This document shows positions 37,238 through 49,402 of a stretch of 64,000 bases of DNA, piece by piece. The notes under the pieces are model-generated. The model was not told the origin of the DNA. It ran no database searches and was given only the letters and a program-made list of their open reading frames with translations. The first letter of the stretch is position 1. Each line of letters starts with the position of its first letter. The DNA is from Hemiscyllium ocellatum (lineage: Eukaryota): the NCBI RefSeq assembly GCF_020745735.1, contig NC_083439.1, positions 13,158,596-13,222,595 of the forward strand. Direction: 5' to 3'. The translations under genes and the position numbers were made by a program.

Positions 37238-37947
37238 TTAAGGTCCTGGGGAGTGCTGCTGAACAAAGAGACCGTGGAATGCAAGTTCATAGTTCCTTGA
37301 AAGTGGAGTCGTAGGTAGATAGGATAGTGAAGAAGGCGTTTGGTATGCTTTCCTTTATTGGTCAGAGTATTGAGTGCAGGAGTTGGGAGGTCATGTTCCA
37401 GCTTTACAGCACATTGGTTAGGCCACTTTTGGAATATTGCGTGCAATTTTGTTCTCTCTCCTAGCGGAAGGATGTTGTGAAACTTGAAAGGATTCAAAAA
37501 AGATTTACAAGAATGTTACCAGGGTTGAAGGATTTGAGCTACGGGGAGAGGGTGAATAGGCTGGGGCTGTTTTCCCTGGAGCAGTGGAGGCTGAGAAGTA
37601 ACCTAATAGAGGTTTATAAAATCATGAGGGGCATGGATAGGGTAAATAGACAAGGTCTTTTCCCTAGGGAAGGGTACTCCAGGGCATAGGGTGAAAGGGG
37701 AAAAATTTAAAAGGGACCTAACGGGCAACATTTTCACACAAAGGGTGGTGTATGTATGGAATGAGTTGCCACAGGAAGTGGTGGAGGCTGGTACAATTAC
37801 AGCATTTAAAAGGCGTCTAGATGGATACATGAATAGGAAGGGTTTAGATGGCTATGAGCCAATGCTGGCAAATGGGACTAGATTAGGTTATCTGGTCGGC
37901 ATGGATAAGGTGAACTAAAGAGTCTGTTTCTGTAGTACATCTCTGAG
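37238..37947 (+). mobile_element. CR1/HER1 LINE 3' fragment
   Basis: RFTRMLPGL, FTQRVVYVWNELP; empty site (ctgaaatgcggaagtgc) in the paralogous flank ~24561-24577. Confidence 0.9.
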
Positions 37948-39359
37948 TCGAAGTGCATTTACTTTCTAAACAACTATATCATTGATGTCCAAAACCTCAT
38001 CAAAAATTCTCTTGGAATTGTTCCTTTAGATTGGGATAACTGCATACGTTACACTGTCTTTAAAGAGGTTTTGAGGAGAAGCCAAAAAATGATACATCTG
38101 TGGGACTAACATCCAGTCTTAGGAAATGAATAAAGGTTGAAATGAAAAGTAAAGTGACATAGCCACTTGAGACTTTTCAGCTGATGAGTGAGAGTTAGCT
38201 TCAATATCTGATAGAATATTTTAAAGACTCAACTGTAATGGTGACAAAGAAATGCTAACGTATGTTGTTTACATTGACTTTTGAGTGCCTTACGAACAGC
38301 TAAATTGGAGCTTATTGAATTGAAAGTGAATGATTGATTTCTTCTGAAATTGACTGAAGAATTGAAGATGGAGATTACTAAACATAGGTCCTCGCATTAA
38401 AATGTTATGATAAAGCAATCTGTGCTGGGGATTCAATTACAGGTTGCCGGTACTCAACTGTCTACACTAAAACACTTCATCGGGGGAATCAATCCTCTAA
38501 TAACAAAAACTCAAAAGTTAATACTTTCCTGTGACGAACCTTTGTGAGTTCAGACATCCAAACAAATACATACATTTCTTGCCTTTAATCACATGTACAT
38601 AGCTACAATATAGGACAAAATGATTTGTTTAAATGTTGTCTTGTAAATGTCATGGGGCTTGACATCTAATGAATTGTCAGAGATACAAAATTAATCACTC
38701 TTGATCAAAGTTACTAGTTGCTGGCAAAACCCTCAGTGAGGGAACTCTCAATCTGTGGTAGAGTTTCAATCTTTTAAGTAGACTTTGTGAAATACTGAAT
38801 TCCATAAGCCAAGTTCTTCACAGAGGCATCTTTGGAATTCTGTACGCTAGTGGACAGCTGGCACTCAGCAGTCTGATATTGTTTGATTTTGGGGCACTTA
38901 CAAACCCAAGTGACAAGTGAAAAGTGGAGTTGATACAGTCCAATGATTGTCTTACTGAAGGACTAAGCAAAGTTACAAGATCCTGTGGCCTTCTTCTGAT
39001 CTTTCTTCTGATATTCTTTTTAAACCTAATCTCTCCAGTCAGAAACTTAAGACTTGGAATACATGCTGTCTGGAAATTTTCAGTGACCCAAGCAACCAGC
39101 CAGCGTTGTATTAGCGTTTAGCAGAAACACGGAAGATACAGTATTTGGATATGGAAAACAATTTTTACCACTGCTATATAATGTTTCATTAGCGTCTCAT
39201 GTTTCATGTAAATATGCATAGTGACAGTATTTTCTGGTCCAAACTTGTGGTTAAGAATTCCAATATCAAGCAATCGGCCTCCACACCACACGCGTAGCGA
39301 AATCTGTCACCCTAATGGAGTAATGACTCTCAAAGAGCGTCAAATCAAACTCTTAAAGT

Positions 39360-39666
39360 GGGTGTCATGGTGGCACAGTGGTTAGCACTGCTGCCTCACA
39401 GTGCCAGAGACCCGGGTTCAATTCCCGCCTCAGGCGACTGACTGTGTGGAGTTTGCACGTTCTCCCCGTGTCTGCGTGGGTTTCCTTCGGGTGCTCCGGT
39501 TTCCTCCCACAGTCCAAACATGTGTGGGTCAGGTGAATTGGCCATGCAAAATTGCCCCTAGTGTTAGGTAAGGAGTAAATGTATGGGTATGGGTGGGTTA
39601 CGCTTCGGCGGGTCGGTGTGGACTTGTTGGGCCGAAGGGCCTGTTTCCACACTGTAAGTAAGCTAA
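39360..39666 (+). mobile_element. HE1-type V-SINE, ~100 bp upstream of the UGT copy 4 splice acceptor
   Basis: Full head, V-domain and tail; absent from the copy 3 flank. Confidence 0.9.
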
Positions 39667-39774
39667 TCATTCTGTATTCCAGAAATACAAACATGACTTG
39701 TTCTGAAAGATCCCAGATTGGAGAGATTTATATGCTTTAGTAATATATTTTTTCAATTCTTCAACAGGATCTGG

Positions 39775-41406
39775 ATGTCACTTGCAGTTAACATGGATTG
39801 TCTTGCGTGGAAGAATAGATTCCAGGTTGCATGCATTCTTACTATCTGCTTCACCCTCTCCTGCCCAATTACCCAGGGAGCGAATATATTGGTTGTCCCG
39901 CTTGATGGAAGTCACTGGGTCAATATGAGAATTTTAATGGAAGAACTGAAACTCCGTGGGCACAACTTCACTGTGCTTTATTTCTCAGCGACATTGTACA
40001 TCAAAGAGAGGCCTGATCTATATCAATCTATTGTAACTGAAGTAGAAGGAATCATTGGGAAAAATAATAATGAAGATATTTTGGATGTTCTGATACAAAA
40101 GACACTTGAAGCCTTTCAGGATGGTTGGACGCCATGGGGCTTTATTAAGTTCCAATATGCAACAATGTCTTTTATGCATGCCTGTCACCATTGGGGGATG
40201 GACTTAAACACTGCAATTTTTGAAAACAAAAGTTTGTTAAATCAACTTGAAAATGAGAACTTTGACTTAGTACTTACTGATCCTGTATTTCTTACAGGCT
40301 CAATGCTTGCGCATTATTTAAAACTCCCTTTGGTATATAATGTTCGATGGATCACCAGTGGAGAAGCTCATTTCGTCTCTGCCCCATCACCAGCTTCCTA
40401 TGTTCCAATTCCGCGCTCTCAATTGACAGACAAAATGACTTTTCTCCAAAGAACACAAAATGTTATCCTAAATCTTATTCAACTAGCAATTGCAAATTTT
40501 CTAACATATCCAATGTACAATGATTTCTGCCATCGCTATCTGGGCCCAGACACAGACGCCGAGACTGTTCTTCTCAGTGCAGATGTGTGGCTGATGAGAG
40601 TAGATTTTATATTTGATTTCCCGAGACCCACCATGCCCAATATTGTTTATATTGGAGGATTCCAGTGTAAACCATCCAAACCTCTAGAGGCAGAGTTTGA
40701 GGAGTTTGTCCAGTCCTCAGGGGAACATGGGATTATTGTCATGTCAATGGGGACCATTGTCAACTCTTTGCCAATGCATATTGTAATGCAAATAGCAGAG
40801 GCTCTTGCTCAAGTACCTCAGAAGGTTATCTGGAAACATGATGGAAAGATTCCTCCCAACATTGGAAATAACACCTTACTGGCAAAATGGATCCCTCAGA
40901 ATGATCTACTGGGACACCCAAAGACACGAGCCTTCATTGCTCATGGTGGCACCAATGGAGTTTATGAAGCCATTTATCATGGGGTGCCAGTAGTTGGCAT
41001 ACCTCTGTTTTTTGACCAGTTTGATAATTTACTAAGACTTGAAGTCCGAGGTGCAGCAAAGGTCATTAGCGCCGCAACCATGCAGTCAACAGATCTACTG
41101 CAGGCACTTAATGAGGTTATATATAACACCTCTTATCGGGAGAACATGCAGAAACTCTCTGCTCTCCACAGAGACCAACCCGAGTCTCCAATCGAGAGAG
41201 CTATTTTCTGGGTTGAATATGTTGCCCGACACAAAGGGGCAGCACATTTACGCTCAGAGTCTTACCGACTCCCCTGGTATGCTTACTATTGTGTAGATGT
41301 GATGGTTTTCCTGTTATCACTGTTCCTCATGGTTATAATGCTGACAGTCCTACTATTGAAGAAACTTTGTAATGTCACTCGGAAGAAAAAGGAAAAAACT
41401 CAGTAA
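39775..41406 (+). CDS. UDP-glucuronosyltransferase, intronless CDS (UGT5-type), copy 4, 543 aa
   Basis: Close paralog of copy 3; acceptor AG at 39766-39767, ATG 39775; all UGT motifs intact. Confidence 0.95.
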   Translation: MSLAVNMDCLAWKNRFQVACILTICFTLSCPITQGANILVVPLDGSHWVNMRILMEELKLRGHNFTVLYFSATLYIKERPDLYQSIVTEVEGIIGKNNNEDILDVLIQKTLEAFQDGWTPWGFIKFQYATMSFMHACHHWGMDLNTAIFENKSLLNQLENENFDLVLTDPVFLTGSMLAHYLKLPLVYNVRWITSGEAHFVSAPSPASYVPIPRSQLTDKMTFLQRTQNVILNLIQLAIANFLTYPMYNDFCHRYLGPDTDAETVLLSADVWLMRVDFIFDFPRPTMPNIVYIGGFQCKPSKPLEAEFEEFVQSSGEHGIIVMSMGTIVNSLPMHIVMQIAEALAQVPQKVIWKHDGKIPPNIGNNTLLAKWIPQNDLLGHPKTRAFIAHGGTNGVYEAIYHGVPVVGIPLFFDQFDNLLRLEVRGAAKVISAATMQSTDLLQALNEVIYNTSYRENMQKLSALHRDQPESPIERAIFWVEYVARHKGAAHLRSESYRLPWYAYYCVDVMVFLLSLFLMVIMLTVLLLKKLCNVTRKKKEKTQ

Positions 41407-41470
41407 GATTCATCGTTTCAGACTGGGACTAGGAGGAATCGAGTTGTTCCAATTGAATAGAAAGTTTCAT

Positions 41471-41895
41471 GTAAAGTTCTGTAAATCCCACTTTAGAAAT
41501 AGAATCAGTCTAGAAACTAGGAGACACACTTTAACCGTACACTTTCAAAGTAGTATTTGAGCTGGGATGACATCTATTGTTAAAGCTAACTTGAGAATGT
41601 AACCTTAAAAACGTTCTGGGATTTATATATGAATGAACTGAAACTAACATGGTCATGCTAAAAGATGAAAGACTTAACAAACAACCCAGTTTTTTTCAAT
41701 ATATCATTTCAGTGGTATCAATCCGTAATCTTCCGCTATAAATTCTGTGTTGTATGATCTTGTACTCCACAACTCCATTGAGCACAAGGCACAGTGCTCT
41801 GAAAGCTAGTGTTTCTGAATAAACCTGTTGGACAATAACCTGGTGTTGTGTGATTTTTGTCCACCCCAGCCCAACACCGACACCTCCACATCATG
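41471..41895 (+). mobile_element. PLE 3' fragment (third family) in the 3' flank of UGT copy 4
   Basis: gaaagctagtg..aataaacctgttggacaataacctggtgttgtg end; absent from the copy 3 3' flank. Confidence 0.7.
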
Positions 41896-42676
41896 ACTGC
41901 CCTTTATCGGTATCCTGAGGCTTACACAAGTCCATTAGTAGTGCATAAGAATGCAGGTTTGTCTGTCAACAGTAGTTCTTGCTTGTTGACACTCAGTGAA
42001 ATGCTGCACTTTGATTAGAAATCTGATTTTCAGATGTCATTAAAAATTAATCACGCTGCTTACATGAAGAAGCACCATTATTGAAGGATATAACAGAACC
42101 AGTGAGTGTAAAGCAGGAAAAATGAACAATAGTTATTACAAATTTTCATCTTTTCTCAACTTCACGCATATTAACACAAGTCCAAACAACTACTAAAATA
42201 TAGGTTGTGCACAATTCTTCGAAGGACAAATAAAAGACACATATAAAGGTAAAGGTACACATTTTTTGAAGGTCGTCCAAATGCTTTTCCTGTAAGAACA
42301 GCAATCAAATCTAAACCACAGGACTCTGACGCTCCTTCAGTAGTGTGATCAGTACCTCTCTAGACAGTGGAATTGGTCACCCAGTGTTGCTATTTCGAAT
42401 CACTCATTCTGCTGTGATTCCACCCTCTGGCTTCACCCTTACTGTTAAAATCTTTCATCTCTATTATTTTTGGGATTCTATTTTATCAAAAAGTAAACTG
42501 AAACAAGTTTAATTTTCCATCACTCACCAAGATTCTGCTCTGAAATGTTTTCCTGTTCAATATGAACCATCTTGTTGAAAATTTTCAAATAAAAATGTTT
42601 TTCTTCAAAGTGGGTCTTCTTCAATGAGAATCTGTGCTAATGTCTACTTTAACACCACATGGCATTTCACGGTCAG

Positions 42677-43083
42677 CTATCCCACTGGATTTTTTCGGAC
42701 GTCAATTATCCCAGAATTCAGGTGAGAAATGTTTGAACTGAGACTTGCTTGTCTGAATGTTTTTTGAGATTTCTGCACAGGTGTAAAACTCCAGTGCATA
42801 GCACCCTCTGCAGGCTGCACCACCCGATGGCACGAATGTTCCACTGAATCCCGTAGTCTCAGTTCATCAAGTCCAGACTGATCTTCTGTAGGTAGGGATG
42901 ACCTTCTCCAAGTGGGTGGCAGAGGTGCATGGACCAGATCCCGGAGCTCTTCTTTCGGTTTGGGAATGTGCTCTAGATTAGCTGACAGCACAGGCATTTG
43001 CTCTGGCAGAATATTATTTCCATTTTCTTCTCTACCAGGTCGTGCAGGAATTCGGTCAACAGTGACTGGAGTTTTCCCAACAT
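42677..43083 (-). CDS. KIF7: KIF7 last coding exon
   Basis: EELRDLVHAPLPPTWRRSSL...GIIDVRKNPVG*; phase-1 acceptor after a pyrimidine tract (GAG); 5' boundary less certain. Confidence 0.85.
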
Positions 43084-43399
43084 CTCCAAGATATAAAACA
43101 GAACAGAAGCAGCATTATTTCACATGCTTTCTGCCAAGTGAGCAAAAGCAAAAGCACAGTGCAATTTAATGTTAAACAGCATCTTTCTCTTCTGATTTAT
43201 GTGTGCTCAAACGATCATCAGATAGTCTGATTTTCTGAAATGCGTAAGCAGGAGCAGTGAGCACCTCTCACTTAAATCGACTTATCTTACTTCTAGAGAG
43301 AAATCGGACATCCATTTTGTGTCTCCTCATGGCACGGTGATGACTAGTGACATCAGAAGGCCTGCAAGTGTAAACCTAACCTCACTGCCCCCACAAGTG

Positions 43400-43940
43400 G
43401 GGCCTTGCTCAAATCCAATCTGTCAGTTCCCAAATCACCATCAGTAGTTTGGTGGATCAAGTGTCACTGTAGAACATGAATTCGTAAGATAACCTGTCAC
43501 TCAGTGCACTAATGTGGCAGCGTAGCATGGTTACACAGGCAACCCTTCAGAAAAAAATGTTAATTTGAGACCCATACTGCCTCACGAATATATTGGGAAA
43601 ACTGGGAGTTTTTCTGATATCCTGCCAGTTATCGTTTAACCAAAATTGTCAACATTAAGCAAATGGTATTTTTCACATTGCTGTTTGTGAACATTTAAGA
43701 AATAGGAGCAGGAGTCAGACATTTGCCTCTCAAGCCTACCATGCGACTCTATAAGACCATGGCTGATCATGCCCAAGCCTTAACTCCTATTTTGTGTCAG
43801 TGAAACCTGCAGTGTACACTTTGGTTGATGGGTTTGCCTACAGAATAACAATAACTACTTTTCAAAAGCACTTTATTGGCTCTAAAGCCAATGGAACTTC
43901 CTGAAAATAAGAAAGGCGTTGTATGAATGTAAGTTCTTCA
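43400..43940 (+). mobile_element. Ancient Deu-domain-like SINE with L2-type tail, interrupted by a CR1 tail fragment (~43690-43800)
   Basis: Degenerate ..tcacattgctgtttgtg..tttcaaaagcactttattggct..aaaggcgttgtatgaatgtaagt pattern. Confidence 0.45.
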
Positions 43941-44344
43941 AATTTAATAGGTGAACAAATTGACCTTTTAAGTATAATTAATCATTGGTCCTATTTATGT
44001 GAAACAGAAATAGCAAAATTCCCCTCACTTATTCAGACATTGTGATCAATAGAAAAATAAAAGGTGGCTCCAATCAGTGCACATTATTGTACCTTCCATA
44101 AAATTCAATTATAGTCGGGGCAGTTTTTAAAGAGAAGCTGTAATTAATTTAAGAACTGAGGAAAGTGAGAAGGAATTAAGTGCAAGTTATAATAAAGGAA
44201 GAGGAACCATCGTTCACATTCTTTAGCATTACACAGTGGTTTCCCTCTGGTTAAAATGAGATAATTCCTATGATTGAGAAATGAGTGTGAAGGAGCTACA
44301 ATGTAACTGAAGTGTCAGTAGCACTGCCACATTCTGATTCTTAC

Positions 44345-44509
44345 ATTTGTTTTGCTCTGCTGGCTGATTCACAAGATAACTAGACAGTTCTCGCAATTTT
44401 GTGTTCAATTCATGGTTGGCTCGTTTGTACCAGACAAGCTCCTTCTCCAGCATTTGAATCCAGCCCTCATACTGCCTCTGACTCCCAGCAATTCCTTCAT
44501 CCATTTGTC
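44345..44509 (-). CDS. KIF7: KIF7 coding exon (165 bp)
   Basis: GQMDEGIAGSQRQYEGWIQMLEKELVWYK; AG/GT, phase 1-1. Confidence 0.9.
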
Positions 44510-45335
44510 CTGTGAAAAGACAAAACAAAATGAGATTCTGCAAAGGGTCTGGGACTGTTCCACCCGTTGACAGAAGCTTGAACACAAATCTTCTTTGTTA
44601 TCGACTCCCTGTCTCTTTTCCAAGGTTCTGGCAGGTCGTGATATCGTGACTTTATGGATGCTTAGCAACCACTGATATTGCTTGGCTGGTCTCGTGTGAA
44701 TTCAGGTTAATGAGAGTCTATAATGATAATCAACTTGGAAATTCACAAATAATTCTGCACAGAGATCAAGAAGAATTCAGATTGAACATAGGTTGATTTT
44801 TCCAGTTTTTTAACCTGGGACACTGGGATTCATTGAAGCATTTTTACCACTGCCTGACAGAAAGCTGAACGGCAGTAAAATTCAGGATCCTGCTCTGTGT
44901 GCTCTAGAGCTGCAGTGTAGGTACTTCTTTCAAATGGAAAACCATTCCAGCTCAAATGAATTGCATGGATTCAATCCAAGTTCTAATGGATCTGAGTCAA
45001 GCCCATATGCTGTGATCATAAAAGATTTGGAGATGGAAAAAATGAGTGTCAAAACTGAAAGAGTGTGTATAATATTAAACAATATACATCAATAACAGTA
45101 TCCATTTGGAATAAGAACATCTTGGTACAACGTATAACTCTTTAAGAAATGCTTAAATGATCACCAAGTGTGAAAGCATACAAAAATACAGACCAAATGC
45201 TGGAAAGTGAGATTAGTGTACATCGGGCGGTTGGTGCCCAATGGAGCAAAGGGCCTCTTTCTGTACTGTAAAACTCTATGAGATTATAACGATGTACAAA
45301 TCTACAAATGCTCTATGAATCCAGTCAGTCCGAAC

Positions 45336-45534
45336 CTCTGCAGTGCTGGAGCAGGAGCTGCAGGTTTTGCTCATGTTCCTTCTGCTGGACAGTGAGGCGA
45401 CGATCTGTCTCGAGGCGTTGGCGCTCGACTGCTGCCTCCAGCCAGTAAACGAGCTTTTGTTGCTCCTCAGCGCGCATCTCCAACTCCATGAAAGACAGTT
45501 GCATCTTGCGCTCCTCTTCTCGGAGTGTTACCAC
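45336..45534 (-). CDS. KIF7: KIF7 coding exon (199 bp)
   Basis: [37 protein letters not shown]; AG/GT. Confidence 0.93.
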
Positions 45535-45771
45535 CTGCAGGAACACATTCACACTGATTCAGAACGTGCTGCATGTCGCTTTGCCCCACTGTTGCTTACT
45601 TTACCTGACCGACATGGCTTAAAAAATACAACACGGCTGTAAAGCACAAGCAGCATTATGAACAATCGGGACTTGGAGTAAAATGTCCAAGCTCCAAGCT
45701 GGGCCCATCAATGCCACAATTAGTTTCGCCAATGTTGACAGCATGGTCTCCTTCCTCATACGTCCTTCTTA

Positions 45772-46068
<297 letters not shown>

Positions 46069-46259
46069 CTAGAGAGCAACAATAGACAAACATTAAAAAA
46101 GGAAAGGCAATGCTTTAATATAGGGAGTACAGAGGAAATTGAATTATTATCTGAAAAGAATGAATGTACAGGGCTCTGGTGACTGGGTGCGTTCCTCATT
46201 CAGACAGCCAACTTCGACACAACGGACCAAATGGTCTGCTTTTTGATTAGAATGATGAG

Positions 46260-46565
46260 AATCCCTATTGTGTGGAAACAGGCCCTTTGGTCCAACAAGT
46301 CCACATCGACCATCCGAAAAGTAACCCACCCAGACCCATTTCCCTCTGACTAATGCACCTAACACTATGGGCAATTTAACATGGCCAAACCACCTAACCT
46401 GCACATCTTTGGTCTGTGGGAGAAAACCGGAGCACCCGGAGGAAACCCACGCAGACACAGGGAGAATGCGCAAACTCCACACAGATGTTGCCCGAGACTG
46501 GAATCAACCTGGGTCCCTGGTGCTATGAGGCAGCAGTGCTAATCACTGAGCCACCATACTGCCCC
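46260..46565 (-). mobile_element. HE1-type V-SINE
   Basis: Head, V-domain, tail. Confidence 0.88.
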
Positions 46566-46789
46566 AAAACAATTCTGTGAATCACAATACTGTGGCTGCT
46601 GGAAATCTGGAAAAACACAAAAATGCAAGAAAACCTTCAGCAAGCTAGCAGTAGCTGGGAGAGGGAGAAACAGAACTAATGTTTTATGTAATTAACCTTT
46701 CATCAGAACTTGGAAAGATACTGCCTGACCTTATTGTTTGCAAGTAAAACTGAATACTTCTAAACAAGTGAGGTTAGACCTCAGCTGAA

Positions 46790-47530
46790 CTACCGTGTCC
46801 AATTGCAGACGAAGTATAATGTGGACAAATCTGCCCACTTTAGTAGGAAAGAGAGGAAGGTGGATCGTCATCTGAATGGTAATAGATTGGGAAAACAGGA
46901 GGTGCAACAAGACCTGGGTTTTCTTGTACTCTACTCGCTGAAAGTAAACACGCGGGTGCAGTAGGCAGTGAAGGCAGCAAATGGCATGCTTGCCTTCATA
47001 GCAAGAGGATATAAGTACAGGTGCAATCATACAGGACCTTAGTGAGACACACTTGGCACACTGTGTGCAGTTTTAGTCTCCTTATCAGAGAAAGGAAATT
47101 CTGTCTGCACAGGGAGTGCAGCAAAGGCTGAACCCTGAGCTATGAAGAAAGGCTGTGTCAGTTAGGACTATATTCACCGGAGTTTAGATGAATGAGGGAG
47201 GATCTCATAGAAACCTAACAAATTCTAACAGGATTAGGCAGAGTAAACACAGGAAGGGTGTTCCCGAGGACTGGGAAGTCCAGATCAAGAGGCATAATCT
47301 AAGGATACATGGGTAGGCCATTTTACTCACAGCGGTGAGCCTGTGGAATTCACTGCCAAAGAAAGCAGTTGGGGCCAAAACATTGATTGTTTTCAAGGAG
47401 ACAGACCTAGTTCTTCGGGTCAAAAGGTATAGGTGAAAGCAGAAACAGGGTACTGAGTAGGTATGATCAGTTATGATCATACTGAATGGTGGAGCAGGCT
47501 CCCAGATTTGAATAGCCAATTCCTGTTCCT
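46790..47530 (+). mobile_element. Degenerate CR1 3' fragment
   Basis: ORF2 C-terminal homology. Confidence 0.7.
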
Positions 47531-47542
47531 GTAAGGTCAGAT

Positions 47543-48987
47543 GTCACATGACACTAGATTATAGACCAATAGGTTTATTTGAAATCACAAGATTTTGGAT
47601 TGCTGCTCCTTTGTTAGGTGAAGAGAAGAGAAGAGAAGCACACAGGCACAGAATTTATAGGCAGAGAGATCAAAAGATCATACAAATGATGCGAGTGGAA
47701 TGTCGACAGGCTGAATAATAAGTCAGGAGATCAAAGTGTCCGACAGTGTGAGTAAAGTGTCAATAGCTGAATAACAAGTGAAGGGATGCCCTATGATCTG
47801 ATTAATTGAGACAGAGAGATACTTACAAAAAAAAATAAGATGGTGCTGGAGACAAACCAAATGGCTGGAATAATGTGTATGCTGAGGATATAACCAAAGA
47901 ATCGAGTAATTAATTAGTACAAACTAATTAAGATAGAGAGATCATAACAAGTTATCAAGGTGATGGTGGCAAAACAGGACAGTAAGGATTCTCCAGATAC
48001 AGAACAGTTTGGTGGGGTTACATGTAGCTGGAGATAAACCCAAGGCATAAACCCTTGATGGAGATGCATGTGTCCAAGAATGAGACTGATTCTGAAGATG
48101 AGTCCATTGTAAGTCTGATGGTGGGGTGAAACTTGTTGATATCATTGTGCAGTTGTTTTAGTGATTCCGTGCCATGAGTCCAAAGGAAGAAAATGTTGTT
48201 ATGTATCTAGTGTATGGAGTTGGTTGGAGATCCTGTGCAGCGAAGAAGTTTTGCTCAAACTTGTGCATGAAAATATTGGCATATTGGGGTGCAAATTTGG
48301 TCCCCATGTCTGTTCCGTGTGTCTGGATGAGGAGCTGGCTGTCGAAGGTGAAGACGTTGTTTAAAGATTTTGTGAAGATCTGCAGCTCGGGAGCTCGTTG
48401 GATTCGTTGTTGGTCTGTTCTCCAAGCTGGTAGGTTTGTTGGTAGATATTTCTAGGTGACATCATCAGTGCTGTGTTGCCTCTTGTGAAATATTACTGTA
48501 CTGTTCCACTTTGAATTGATGTGGCGCTGCCTGAACTATTTCCGGTTGTCCATTGCAGCAGTTTGTATAGTGGGTCCGGCCAATGTGCTTGTTGATGGAG
48601 CCCAAGGAAGAGTACCATGCTTCCAGGAATTTCCTTGGTGTCCTTTGTTTAGCCTGTCCTAGTATTGGTGTGTTGTCCCAGTCAAACTCATAGTTCTTGT
48701 TGTCAGTATGAAATGGATGAGTTGTAGGATGGTGTCTGGAAATTGGCAATTGTTGATGTTATTCATCTGTTGACACTTTACTGACTCTGTCTGATGCTTT
48801 TGATCACCTGAATAGACTTGTTACTCAGCTGTAGACACTCCACTCGTGCCACTTGCATGATCTTTTGATCTCTCTGTCGATAAATTCTGTGCCTGTGTGC
48901 TTCTCTTCATTTCACCTGATGAAGGAGCAACGCTCTGAAAGCTTGTGATTTCAACTAAACCTGTTGGACCAAAACCTGGTGTCACAT
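47543..48987. mobile_element. PLE composite with long inverted pLTR arms and internal GIY-YIG remnants
   Basis: Arms ~47543-47770 and ~48770-48987; ORF remnant HTDNKNYEFDWDNTPILGQAKQR..RKFLEAWYS. Confidence 0.7.
48912..48948 (+). ncRNA. Minimal type I hammerhead motif, distinct family
   Basis: TCAC-CTGATGA-A-GGAGC-AAC-GCTCT-GAAA-GC-TT/GTGA (stem II closed by G.U). Confidence 0.6.
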
Positions 48988-49067
48988 TTTCTGTGTTGCT
49001 ATGTTTCTAACTGGAAAGATGGGCAGATTGAAGAGGTAATTTTTCAGAGAGATAGTGGGAGTGAAGA

Positions 49068-49402
49068 GACCATAAGACATAGGAGCAGAAATTAGGCCAT
49101 TCAGCCCATCAAGCCTGATCCGCCATCAAACAAGTCTGATAAGTTTCTCAATCTCATTCTCCCGCTTTCTCTCCATAACCCTTGATAATCAGGAATCTAT
49201 CTATCTCGATCTTAAGTACGCTCAATAACCTGGCCCCCACAGCCTTCTGTGGCAGTGAATTCCATAGGTTCACCACTCCCTGGCTGAAGAAGTTTCATCT
49301 TATCTCCATTCTCAAAGGTCATCCCTTTACTCTAAGGCTGTGCCCTCAGGCCCTCGTCTTTCCTACCTATGGAAACATCTTCCCAACATCCACTCTGTCC
49401 AG
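49068..49402 (-). mobile_element. CR1-type LINE 3' fragment
   Basis: Same family as 3862-4260; gaccataagacat tail. Confidence 0.75.

Noticed and set aside
39286-39296. AhR xenobiotic response element upstream of UGT copy 4
   Set aside because: Only the CACGC core is present; the flanks do not fit TNGCGTG and the site is not conserved in copy 3.
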